DNA from: Trichoplax sp. H2
Lineage: Eukaryota
Assembly: GCA_003344405.1 (NCBI GenBank)
Contig: NOWV01000003.1
Location: forward strand, 372,001-436,000
Direction: 5' to 3'
Length of the DNA: 64,000 nucleotides
Shown: positions 28,652 through 40,923 of the stretch, one piece after another
Position numbering within the stretch: position 1 is the first letter of the stretch
Layout of the letters: the number at the start of each line of letters is the position of its first letter
Made by a program: the position numbers and the translations under genes
Notes under the pieces: generated by a model
What the model saw: the letters and a program-made list of their open reading frames with translations, nothing else
Told to the model about the DNA's origin: nothing
Database searches by the model: none

Positions 28652-28664
28652 GTTGCATAGCAAC
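28652..28664. promoter_or_regulatory. RFX X-box-like palindrome GTTGCATAGCAAC just upstream of LRRC43 ATG
   Basis: GTTGC-ATA-GCAAC inverted repeat, one base shorter than the canonical GTTGCCATAGCAAC; 7 nt separate it from the start codon of a ciliary gene. Confidence 0.6.
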
Positions 28665-28732
28665 AATTTTGATTGCCACCCGACACGCACGCGTATTTAA
28701 ACCTGTAATTTGTAGTTGGTTATAGTGCAGAT

Positions 28733-28952
28733 TGTACAGTACTGTACAGTATACTGTACACTGTACTGTACTGTACTGTACCGTACTGTACAGTACATAC
28801 GAATTACCGTACTGTACACTGTACAGTACAGTACAGTACAGTATTGTACTGTACAGTACTTTAGAGGTAAAAAAGGCTCTTTTTTTAGTTCTACTGTACT
28901 GTACTGTAGATTGTAAAACTGTAATCACTGTACTGTACTGTACAGTACAGTA
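28733..28952. repeat. TACAG/CTGTA array in the LRRC43-RPL23A bidirectional promoter
   Basis: Dense tacag/ctgta units between head-to-head ATGs at 28644 and 29019. Confidence 0.9.
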
Positions 28953-28981
28953 TGTGACAAGTATCAGGTGAACGTTCAGAA

Positions 28982-29003
28982 TTTTCTTTTCCAAACTTTT
29001 CTC
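28982..29003 (+). promoter_or_regulatory. Pyrimidine tract (TCT/5'TOP-like initiator) of RPL23A
   Basis: ttttcttttcc..cttttctc 15-37 nt upstream of the ATG, typical of animal ribosomal protein genes. Confidence 0.5.
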
Positions 29004-29018
29004 AGCGAAAGAGACCTC

Positions 29019-31330
29019 ATGGCTGCTAAGAAGCAAAGTGGACAAAAGGGTATGTGGTCAGCCAAATCTTATTTTCGTATATTATTTTACTCAAAATAGA
29101 AAATTTTAATCCGAATGTTATTATTAAAAGATTTTTGTTATATTGTTGCGAATCTAAACAAGATTTCAGCTATAAAGCTTTCACGGCCGGTGTCGTGCCG
29201 TTGTTGTACGATTTCCCATGCAGTATTTTTTTTACTATACTCTATACTGTCCATACAGTACTGTTAACATCGTTACGAGAACTAATCCACACGTGTGCTT
29301 GCTAGCAGCTAAAAAGTTTAATTAATTAACTAATGCGTATTGAACGTAGCTATATAACATGTGATATGAATGAACAGCTTAAATTTTAAGCCGATTAGTG
29401 TCGTGCAATCACTTATTCACCGTTGTTGCATCACACTCAAAGAATCTAATAAACTTTTACTATACAGTATACTGTACACGATACGCTACTTGTATATGCT
29501 ATTATTGAGTTGGCAATGCAGTATTTGTGGAGGGCCTGTAGTCAAGTACCATACGTGAATCACTACATCATAAGAATTCTACCTCAAAATTTTCGTAGTA
29601 CAGCATAATACTAAATTTACCTTTCTATAAATCGCGATCCCAGAAAAATAAAACATAAAGGCCGTTCAGTGTCTGCTTATTGCGAAACTGTAAGTTTCAT
29701 AGTAGAAGTAAATGATTAAAATCCGATCAAATCTTCAACATAGATAGTATTTACGCGCACCTTAATTACTAAATATCGTAACTCATTATATTTAGAGTTG
29801 GGATATTTATTCGTAGCTGTGAAAATACTCACTATGTTATTGCCAAATCTTATGTTAAAATGATGGACTGCACATATGACAGTACAGTGTCATGAAAATT
29901 TAGACTTCATTGTTACTTAGTTAGTTAGTATAAGGTTCGCTGGCGCTCATCCGTTACATCTTTCAGTATCTGTTTTAAGGTTTACTTTTCAATTTACTGC
30001 TTTATACAGTACTATGTGAAACTGAGGGTAGTTGGTTGCCCTCGATGCAGCTGTATCAAATTTATTCATACATAAAGCTATTTTTAAAGTACTGTAATAT
30101 GACTTAGCGCTTTAGCGTGCCTTGATAACTGTGTATGCAGTAGTTATACATTCCTTGAAGTGACTGAATATGTCAAGCTGACCTACAGTATACTCGATTC
30201 CAAATTTACTAAATTGCGTTACGCAGATTTCTATTTATGATATATCTGCTTTCATGATTCTGATTCATAGAACATTATAATATTCACCGAGTTCCTTAAT
30301 CAAACATTATGGTAATACGTATGAACTATTTATTATACTGTAGACTTTGGTTCGGCTTTAATTAAACTTAAATGCGCATACCATATCTGTTGTATCGCTA
30401 GTCGCAGTGCAATCGTTACAAATTCTTTTGTTGATTGATGACTTAAGTAAATTATGGGAAGGTTTTGGACAAACACGATGCGGCAGAGCGATATTCTCAA
30501 CGCACTGTCTCTAATTTAGTGCCATTGTTTAATAGCATACCTATGCGTATCACAATTCCGAATATTTTTATGCATATCTGTCTTTTGAACTAGTATTTGA
30601 AGAACTTCTCGATATTCGCATTTTAGTATCCGTGCGATGTTCGACAATTGTGAAATAGAATCTGTCCAGGAAATAGGATTAAATGTTGCAAATTCAAAAC
30701 TTACCAGATGCTATTCATTTATGATCAATGATAGGTTCCAATACGGCAAAAGCCTTGAAAGCGAAAAAATCGGTGCTAAAGGGCACTAATAATAAAGGAA
30801 CAAGAAAAGTTCATAACAAAGTTAGATTTTATCGGCCAAAGACTTTCAAGCCTCGTAGAAATCCTAAATATCCTCGTCGATCTGTTCCTCTCACCAGGAG
30901 TTTAGATCAATATGGAATTATCAAGTACCCTTTGACTACCGAATCTGCTATGAAGAAAATTGAAGACAACAACACCCTCGTTTTTATTGTTGATACAAGG
31001 GCCAGTAAGCCAAAAATTCAGGCTGCCGTTAAGAAATTGTATGATATCGATGCTGCTAAAGTTAATACCTTGATTAGGTAAGATCGCTTCTGTTGTCAGA
31101 CTTAAAGTGTTAGCCTATTGCTACCTCATACCAACAAGGATCTTACTGTATGAATGTGAACGCTCTATGATTCTCTCTTTAGGCCGGACGGAGCGAAGAA
31201 AGCATACGTCAGATTAACTTCAGATTATGATGCCCTGGACGTTGCTAATAAGGTAGAACTGTTGCTATTGGAATAATAGAAATTTACACGATCTAAGTAT
31301 ATTTTCTTCTTCTAGATTGGAATCATTTAA
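29019..31330 (+). CDS. RPL23A: 60S ribosomal protein L23a (uL23); exons 29019-29049, 30735-31077, 31183-31252, 31316-31330
   Basis: [22 protein letters not shown]...RNPKYPRRS...[23 protein letters not shown]...[40 protein letters not shown] at about 31386. Confidence 0.97.
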
Positions 31331-32825
31331 ATAGGTAATCGTACTCGAAAATAACTGGTGTGTCTGCATCGAATCTGATACGATCAATAAACTTTTAAAT
31401 CAAAAATACTGCAGCATTTTTTGTGTAATTTCTATAAGATTTAATTCTGAATTGAATTTATGGCTATAAGATTTACTGCATATTTTCTTCACTAAAATAG
31501 GTGAGACTTAAACGTTTAAAGTCGACAACATTGAGTGCAATATTAACACTACAACTTAATCTCAGTAACTCATAGTACACAGATAGCATAACATGCTGCA
31601 GCCATCAATTATTACTGATTTAAGAAAGGAAATCCTTTTAATAATCTTGCGTACAATACGCTTGTTTAAGCTAAACAATGGAATGTCATGCCTTCTATGT
31701 CGTTACCATCACCCTTTTCATCTAGTCAACCCAGACTATACGCATACTTTACTGCAATCTAGAAATTTTACATTTACAGTAGCACGGTATTTAGGGTCAA
31801 CGTAGTAGTATAATCATGATTGATATTACGCTATGCGAATCTAGGTTAACACTGCAATTTTTTGTATGAAGAGGTGACTATGAGACGATTTGTACTGTTC
31901 TGTACCTCGCCTACGCGACTTGATTTAACATTGTACATTAGCGCATAATCCTACAGTGTACGTCGTATATGCAATGCAGGATTCGGCTAGTCTGTAAATA
32001 AAATTTATAAAATGTCATCCGAAGCGATAATTTCGTACTGAGCGCAACCCATTAACTTAATCAAGTCATAGACACGCATATAGCTTTCGGTGATATATTA
32101 ATTTTTGAACTGTAGCAACTCTAAAGATAAAATATTTAATATTTAAATACAGAAAATTTAATATGCTACTGAATATTTTTGCTTATTTTGCGCTAAAGAA
32201 ATACTAAAAAATATTTCAATTTACTTGGAATAAATTTTAGAAACCATGTACGAAGGTCTATCATATTAATTACTCTAGAAAGTTGCTCAATAATATATAA
32301 TTGATTAATTTTAACGTCGAAGAGAATTATATTGAAACTATATATATACTCTGTGTTGTATTTTTGCCTTACAGATTTAGTATAAGTCGTTTAAACTAGA
32401 TTTAAGCAGAACAATAGTCTACCAGACTTAGTAAATCTGTAAAGCATTGTGTAGTTAAGTGAATGAATCATACATTGCAATATCGCAATCTTTCCTGGGT
32501 CGTTATAGAATGTACAGTGTACACTGTACGTATGTGTTACAAATTTTAAATAGGGTTTAGTTTTTTTCGAATGTAGCAGACTGGTATGGTTTTACCAGTT
32601 ACCTGTAACGTAATGTATTACCGATTGTAGCATGTATCGCCAGTGTGGGTATCTATATCGGTGAGCAGTCTTACAATAGTGGTGCATACGGTCCTATTCA
32701 GATCCTCATATTTGTTTAAATAAAAGTGCAGTAATGTCAAACTGTCATAGTAATTAGAATGCTAATCTTATTAACTGTAAGTAACAGGTACAGTACAGTA
32801 CAGAATTCACAAGTGTGCCCTCAAC

Positions 32826-32863
32826 CATGGACTACCTGCTATTGGTGTATCTAGTAGTCCATG
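32826..32863. mobile_element. Miniature inverted-repeat element remnant (CATGGACTAC TIRs, apparent 7-bp TSD)
   Basis: Perfect 10-bp TIR CATGGACTAC/GTAGTCCATG flanked by cctcaac / cttcaac. Confidence 0.5.
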
Positions 32864-33220
32864 CTTCAACTCGTATAATTCTGTGAATGGCTACTAAGTC
32901 CTCATCCGCTGACTCTTCGAACCGTCCAATAATCTGACATATTGCAATCAAACATTACTTCGTTACTTTCTATTAAACAGTAAAATGAATACAGTATACG
33001 CGCTGTAACTTGTAACGCTTACTGCAGTATTTGAAAATACGATATTATAAACGTCCAATACACTATTTTACTGAGTACAGTACTGTACGGTACATGATTT
33101 GATTCGACCGCAAATTCAGAAATACAGTAAATCAAATCAAATCAAATTCTAATTATTACAGTCACACACCTGCGAAAATCAAACCATAAATCAAGATACT
33201 ATCGCCTAATTCGAGATATT

Positions 33221-34020
33221 TTAGTATCAAATCATATTAATACGTTTGTACGTGTGTCACGCTGTTATACACTATTTATAATTTATAATTATGATAATAA
33301 TTAAATTATTAAATTATTAACTTAAAACAGTACTATATTTCGCGAAATTTCCACCTGTTTCGAGCCTGACTGACAGTACTGTACTGTAGTGCTGTAGACG
33401 TCGAGCGATTGGACGTCCAACGGACGTTCGATTTTGGACGTTCGGTATGTACGTTCGTTGTCAGATCGGACGTCGACGAACTGTACTGTACAGTGTACAG
33501 TGTACAGTACAGTGTATACTGTACAGTCAGTTTGTATAATCCCACCCCAATACTATACTGTACAGTACATACAGTACAGTAGTACAAACGTCTTTTACAA
33601 CACTTTGTATTTCAGAGTCATGACTACAGTATACTGTACGCTGTTACGTACTGTACTACTGTACTGTATGTACAGTGTACAGTACAGTATAGTATAGTCT
33701 TATACCGTACTGTACAGTGTACACTATATACTGTAGTGTTAACACTGTACACTGTGTACGTTGGTACGTTCAATGAACGTCCGACGTTCAAATTGGACGT
33801 TCGTACGTTCGTTCATTAAAACTGNNNNNNNNNNNNNNNNNNNNTTAGTATCAAATCATATTAATACGTTTGTACGTGTGTCACGCTGTTATACACTATT
33901 TATAATTTATAATTATGATAATAATTAAATTATTAAATTAAAACAGTACTACTGTATACTGTATTTCGCGAAATTTCCACCTGTTTCGAGCCTGACTGAC
34001 AGTACTGTACTGTACTGTAC
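33221..34020. other. Duplicated segment across assembly gap (33221-33388 vs 33845-34017); probable two haplotypes
   Basis: Near-identical sequence starting ttagtatcaaatcatattaatacg on both sides of the 20-N gap at 33825-33844, with small indels. Confidence 0.85.
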
Positions 34021-34720
34021 TGTACTGTACATACGCGTACGGTACTGTACTGTATACTGTACTGTACAGTACAGTAAGCTACAGTACTGTACTGGCTCGG
34101 CTACTGTAATGTACAGTACAGTAGGTACTGTACAGTGTACACTGGGCCATTCTTACTGGACCGTGACATACAGTACTGTACAGTGTACAGTACAGTATGT
34201 ACGATACAGTACAGTATAGTACATTAAATCACCTACTAAATCAACTACTAACTACAGGCTTCAACTATAGTTTCATACTGCTTATCACGTTACTACAGTA
34301 TCATTATATATTGTACTTACGAAAATTGTAAAAAATTAAAACCCAATTTAAACGAGATTTTACGGTGCTTTGTCTGTTAAATTGAGACTACAGTACACGA
34401 AAGCATGATAGAAAACTTAATTTGATCTATTTAATTTATTTATGAAGTTATAAATTACAGGTGATCCGTTAAGTGCATACACAGTACAGTATACAGTAGT
34501 ACGCGAAGTAGTGTACACTGTACTGTACTGTACAGTTTACAGTACAGTACAGTACAGTATAATGAGCGTGACTGTTAGAAAGTACTGTACAGTATGTACT
34601 GTACAGTACACTACTGTACTGTAGAGTGTACACTATACTGTACAGTACAGTACAGTACTGTACACTGTACAGTACAGTGAAGTGAGTGTGCAGTACAGCA
34701 TACAGTACTGTGCTGTATAC
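33374..34720. repeat. Large TACAG/CTGTA array upstream of SKA2-like gene, with embedded ACGT-rich (GGACGTTCG) clusters
   Basis: Several dense blocks of tacag/ctgta ending about 150 bp before ATG 34866. Confidence 0.9.
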
Positions 34721-34865
34721 AGCGCTGTCAATAATATGTGATAGCGCACGCGTACATTTTCATCAGTTTTACAATCTTTTTAGCGGGCATTTTTAATAAG
34801 GATTTCTATTAATAATAATAATAATAACTGTTAACTTTTTAATTTAAAAGTCAAATCAAACCAAA

Positions 34866-37800
34866 ATGGATAAGATAGTGGAGAACTTTCAGGAGCTAGT
34901 AAGTTTTATAACTAATTGACATATATTTTCGTGCCGTATATTAACCACTGTGACTCTGTAATATATAGTGCAGTGGTACAGTACATGTACAGTACAGTAT
35001 AGTACGATGAGAAATAAATAAAAAAGTCAAGGAATACTCGTATACTTTTAGCAGTCCTGATGCAAATTATATCTCTTAATCTCTGTATAGTAGTCTTGTG
35101 GCTAGTTGAACTGACCCGTTATCACTTTGGCAACTTTCAGATAACCAGTTATGATGAACGCCTTAAACAAATCTCTAAGCGAAAAGAAAATCAATTCTTT
35201 AATGCTTATGGACCATCAAATGACTCGGTACTGTAGCATACGTATGATATACTAAAAAGAGTCAAGAAAATTATTTTTATCATTTCGTTGTTGATCTGAT
35301 GTTACAACGATTTAATTTCTAAATAATCAATTTTTTCTCTACTGTTATATAACGGGACGGAAATATAGCTTCTTTTGTATCGACAATTACAAAGATTAGA
35401 AGATCAGAGGAAGTTATTCACGTCTTTATTCGAAGATTATAAACAATTAAAGGAGGAGCAAGGAGTAAGACCTGATTTTTAATACAAAGTTAACTAGTTA
35501 CCAGGACAAAAATAGCAAACCTGTCACTCCTGTACAGTAGTATGCACGAGTAATATATATATTTATTACTAAGTACAGTATTTGTTATCTGCAATATAAT
35601 TACACACGTTACGACGTTCCTTAAGACGCTTTACAGAATTGACAGTTAGTATACCGATATACGTTTCTTAATGTATCCGTTTAGTTTTTAAATAGAGAAA
35701 CTTGCGTAATTCTCTTATAGCGGGCAACAGATTCTCATGATGAATGCCATAACATCTTTCAGATCTTCGCAGAAAGGTTAGCTGCTCTATCTGACGAAAC
35801 AAGCTCCAAGGCTAGAGAAATAATTCAACGCTTTTGCCGTCAAACTGTGAGGAAGAAAGCCTAATTGATGAATAACTTGATTACTGGCTATATCATATTT
35901 CTATATCACAAACCGTGCAAAAGAGCTTCATTTTGGGATTAACCATTGAAGTATTTTACACATTTATCTAATTCTGTGATACTAAATACTCTAATCTATT
36001 ACGAACTACTGTGTAGGTAACTGAATCAGCAACAAAGAAAAATGCATTAATAAATGAAATAGATAATAAATGTAAAGGTAAAGCCCGTATTTCGTATTGC
36101 AGTTGGTTAAATGCAATAATCTGAATAATTAAGAAAGATGTGAATAATTGTATTAACGTTTTGCTAGTAGTACCTTAATCTTCACGTAGAAATCGTAAAT
36201 ACACCTGAAAATCAGATGAACTCTAATAAATTTAAAGATTTGCAATCAAAATTATTTATTGATGAGATACAGCAGTGGAGAAATTTGTCATTTGCTCGCT
36301 ATGAAATCCAGCTCTATTCATTGTTTTGTTTTTGTGTTCAACCATTCAGACTTGATCGTGCTATTTTTAAGTATCTTACATTCAGTTCTTTCTACGGTGT
36401 ATACGAGTATGAGCTTGTAAAGTTCATTAAATATTTCTGTCTTTCATATGTACGATTTATACGAAATCTTTAGTATCAGGAGAATATGTAACGCATCCAG
36501 AAGATTGGGTCGATGATAATAAATTCGTAAGATTAGTGAAAGTTTACATCTAGATCTTGAAATGTACAATAGTAGAGAAGAAATACATTCGAGTGCATTT
36601 TACGTTGATCAATTGCGCTGACAGATTTCTTATTATCACATTCTGTTAGGCTCTAGGAAAAATTGCAAGGAATAATGAAATCAGTTAAGTTTTGTGCACA
36701 ATGTATTATATTCCAATGCCCTAAAAATATATACATTTTCGGATCTGACTATACTGTATACACACATAAACTCCTATATACCCTATATGCTAGTGTAACT
36801 TCTACAATGTATTCATTTTGATCTTATTTCTTGGTGCACTATATAAAATGGTCCATATCTAGAAAAATGTAAGCGTAGTAAAAAGTTATTCGTAGCAGTT
36901 AGTCAGGAGGAATTTCTTTCTGTTTCGCCACTTGTACGTGGTCGTTTGAAGGTGGACGAAATAAACAAGGTTACTAATAGATTATTTAAACTTTTGTGCT
37001 TGAAATCTTAATGTATAGAAACTGAAGTCGAATGGTTAAAAATTTTGACAGATTTACTTTATTTAATCCTATTAAATAGGTATATAGAGTAATTTTCGAT
37101 CATCTCTCCAAATGTAAACCAAGGTTTGTACATTTATTAGTATTTGTCTAGTTCTGTTGTTTTACTATTCTACTCTACAGTATTAGTAAGGGCAAATATA
37201 TGGCTATGCATGAGCAATTTGACATGCTACTATATAGATTAAATTAAATTTTTTTAGCAGCGCCTCATTGACGGTTAAAGAAATTGAAAGCTTAGGGTTA
37301 AGAGTAAGCGGAGCAACTGGAGCCGCAAAGCTTAAGGTAGAGTAGCTAAATAAATGCGTAATTATGGTACATTAGAAGAAATTGATTGTAGGTGGACTTC
37401 CTGCTTATGTACCAATACTTTAGATAGATTTTAATTGCAATGATATTAACGTGAATGCAGTGGTTTCAATTTTGTCTGGGTCTGAAAGTCATGAGTCCTG
37501 CAATAACATAGATCACTTTAATTATTCTAGAAATTCATGAAATGTATTAGATTGATAACAGTTGATCTAAATATTCGATGGTACGCGATACGTACCTAAG
37601 ACCTAACTTATATTACAGTTGGTATTAGTATGCAAGTGTTATTCAGTAAATATAACGATTACAAATTGTCGGTAAATTTAAATAATTATGCTACCCATCG
37701 GAGATTTATTATATAAGATAATAAACGATTAAAACTAATTTCTTAATAACTGTCTTGATGACAGTAAGTAATTAGCACAATTGCCGTTACAATACTGTAC

Positions 37801-38017
37801 ATACATAAATTCAATGTTTTGCGAACAAGACAAATAAATGGTGTGCGTATTTGACATCTGGTCAATTTACAATGTTAATCTCTCTCAGAGTCAATGGATT
37901 CTCTATTATACTTTGTTTGGTCTAACCCAATTGTGATTTTTTCACTTCAAGGTCTTGCGTGCTCTAAAAATAGTGACCTTTAATAATCATGGTCCTGTCA
38001 AACTTGTTACTGGCTAA
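34866..38017 (+). CDS. SKA2: Spindle and kinetochore-associated (Ska) complex subunit, SKA2-like coiled N-terminus plus SKA1-type winged-helix C-terminus; about 11 exons
   Basis: Spliced MDKIVENFQEL/ITSYDERLKQISKRKENQFFNAYGPSNDS/LLLYRQLQRLEDQRKLFTSLFEDYKQLKEEQG/... follows the SKA2 N-terminal pattern. C-terminal VSQEEFLSVSPLVRGRLKVDEINK/VYRVIFDHL..SLTVKEIESLGLRVSGATGAAKLK/VLRALKIV resembles the Ska winged-helix (SKA1 EFxxVPxYMKSRLTYNQIN). Splice phases are consistent; the subunit identity is less certain than the gene itself. Confidence 0.6.
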
Positions 38018-40923
38018 ACTCCCTATTAGCAATGCTAAATAACGAGTAGAATTAGATACGAAATACTTGGATATAACTTACAGAGCTAGCGTGAAATACT
38101 GTATATTGCTGCGTTTGATCGCAAACGGTATTCCACTATTCAATAAATTCTCACGATAGCTTGACTGTCGTATGCTTAATATAGTACGTATGAATAGTAT
38201 TTGTACCATTCAGAAATTTATAGTCATACTGATAATAATAAATGCCATGTAATTCAATAGCGTTTACACGTGCAATAGCAAATTGCTTATAACTCTTTAT
38301 TGATTCCCTAAATTTGACGCTGCTTTAACATTTATGTTATTTTATTACATTGTAATATTCATCAAGACATTACCTACTCGATTAAAGCTATTTATTTTAT
38401 TTTATTCTCTCTTTTATGTCTCGCAAGTAATTGTTTCGAAAAGTTATACGGCCACGATCGATAACTTATCACCTGTAAAAGCTTAGGTTTAACTATTAGC
38501 TAGTCACGACTTTCCGGCCATTAAAAAGAGTGGCGATGAGTGTGGAATGTGTGAAACTGCGTATATATATATACTCGTCTTCATATCACTTTTGCCAAAT
38601 AAGCGAAAAGACCATGTTCTAATAGAATTATGGCAGATCTGCTATTAGGCACCCAAAGTCAAGATTTGAATTAATTGTTGATCTATTAATTTATCTAAAT
38701 TTGTTACAGTAAAGAACGATAATCTGCTCTTGCATTATAGGATTAAGATCAAGTAGCCAAATCATGACAGCATTTATTACAATTATCTTTATAATGAACT
38801 AAGAAATATTATTAATTTTAATCAATTACGATCAATTTAAGCAATCCTCGTAAACTACAGTAAGTACTAATATGAGAAATTACTAGCTCAAATCATTTTA
38901 CTGCGATGACTGACTACGTTGTACTTGTAATCTACAACTGGTATTAATATGACACAATTAGGTTCTTTTTAACGTTTACGTATTTTATAAAACCTAATGG
39001 TCATGACCTCAAAAGCCTAACAATGCAATTACTGAAAGATGATAGACTTTGATAGATGAAAGGACGATATTTTCCTACTACGACGAACTAGTGTTATTAG
39101 AAGCTATTACAGGGCATACAGTAATTATTTAATTTTATTTTAATAATGGCTGTAAGCACTTTCAACAATGTCCAATCCATAATACGCGTATAATAATAAA
39201 TTAAATCATATGCAATGTACAGTATATTGGTTACTTATTATTTACCATGGACTTCCGTTTTGATTTATCATCAATATTCTACATCAAATTTGTAGCTACA
39301 AGAAATTCGTCCACCTGTCGTCAATGATAAAAACTAGTTAACAATATAACTACAAGACATTACAACTGAGGATTAACATACCAAGAAATAATGGATAGAT
39401 TGGCAAATGATTGTATATGATGCAATCAACCGTCTGTTTCTAATTTATTCATTTTAACTGCTTTGTCTCGTCTTTTAATCTTCATATAATGATATAAACA
39501 AATATATTACTCACAAGGTGATAAACAGCCGGCAAACTGTTTAGTGATAAAGAAAGTATAATAATACAGTAGTTAGTTACGGTTACCGCCTCAATTAACA
39601 ATAGTGATGTATTTCGATTGTATTAAATTAATATCGATTATATTCAGCTCATTTTATACCATCTAAGATCACAATGTTTTATGCTTACTTTAAACGTGGT
39701 AATCTTTAGAAAGTTCAATATTATTATCGAAGAATATAGGGTTTAATTTACAATAACATCGATATACGGGCTTATTAATCATAAATATTAACATTGATTG
39801 AATGTAATTAAGAAGTCTATATTAATTGCTTACCGTTAAGTCCCATTAATAAATATATAATCTAGGTCTCCAATAGGCTCTGCACCTCTAAATTTTTGTT
39901 TACACATCTAACTGCCTTTTCCATTAACCAGCGGATAAAGGAGTGAGCTAATAACCCAAATTAAGAATATCTTTATAACAGTACCCAAGTACCGTACCAT
40001 AGCGTATTCTTGTGCATTTAAACAAGAAAAAATGCCCGGTAATCACAATCACTCATGAAAATCAGTTACAGCTAATTCATATTATAGATAGCATTATTAC
40101 ATTTCCAGCTTTAATATTTGTAGCTTGGACGATTTTTCTATTTGTTGTCATAGTTAGTCAACAATTCTACCTTTATTAATAATAACTTTGTCATTATTGT
40201 ATTGATTATTGTGATTAAAAGTTGACTTCTAGCAAACAGATGTTTGTTATCAATGTGTAGGCCATGCTAATCAGTAGGTGGTCTAGGCTAACAAATCTAG
40301 TTCATTTAATGACATTAGATAATAGATTTACTGATTACCTAAAAATTATTTTTAATTGCATACAATAATCGTATTCACCTTCTACCTAATTGTAATCATG
40401 TGCTATTCTTGCTCATAATATTTTTCGTATCCTGAAGCATTATTATTCTGACGTCTATTAAAATATCACTTAAATGTTTATCAGTGAAAAGGAAGCGAGA
40501 TATCTAACATCTAAACACTTTGGAAGTGATTTTGTGCTGTGAAATTTTTCTATGCTTTATATTCTTGAAGATAGTTTTGATTCACGTTACGATTTTAGCG
40601 ATTTGATAATATAATCTGATCATATATTATCGATTTGAATCAGTCATATATCATCATCCGTAAGTAAATAAGCAATCAATGAAAAAATTTCACTTAAATT
40701 TACAAAAAGCCATCCTTAAAATAAGTTATTATGATGCGTGGAGGAATAGTAACGTAGAACATGATGATCTTTTGGAGTAGAATTATTCAAATAGGCATCA
40801 TCGGAAACTAAAATATGGAATTTCATCTCCAGTGCTCCAGTGTTGCATTTCTATAGTTTATGTATATGATTAAATAATTCAGGGTTAACTAAAGGTTCTA
40901 TTATTTCTTACGAACGATAATAC

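Noticed and set aside
32800..32884. SECIS-like reading of the minus-strand hairpin (UGAA/UGAG core)
   Set aside because: Lacks AUGA and the apical AA, there is no selenoprotein ORF, and the stem is better explained by the TIR element.
33374..34720. CRISPR-like or other prokaryotic array
   Set aside because: Eukaryotic intron-containing context; the repeats are 5-bp units without unique fixed-length spacers and there are no cas genes.
37255..37260. NAGNAG acceptors (SKA2-like here; smoothelin-like near 12025-12030)
   Set aside because: A common feature with a one-residue effect; not notable.
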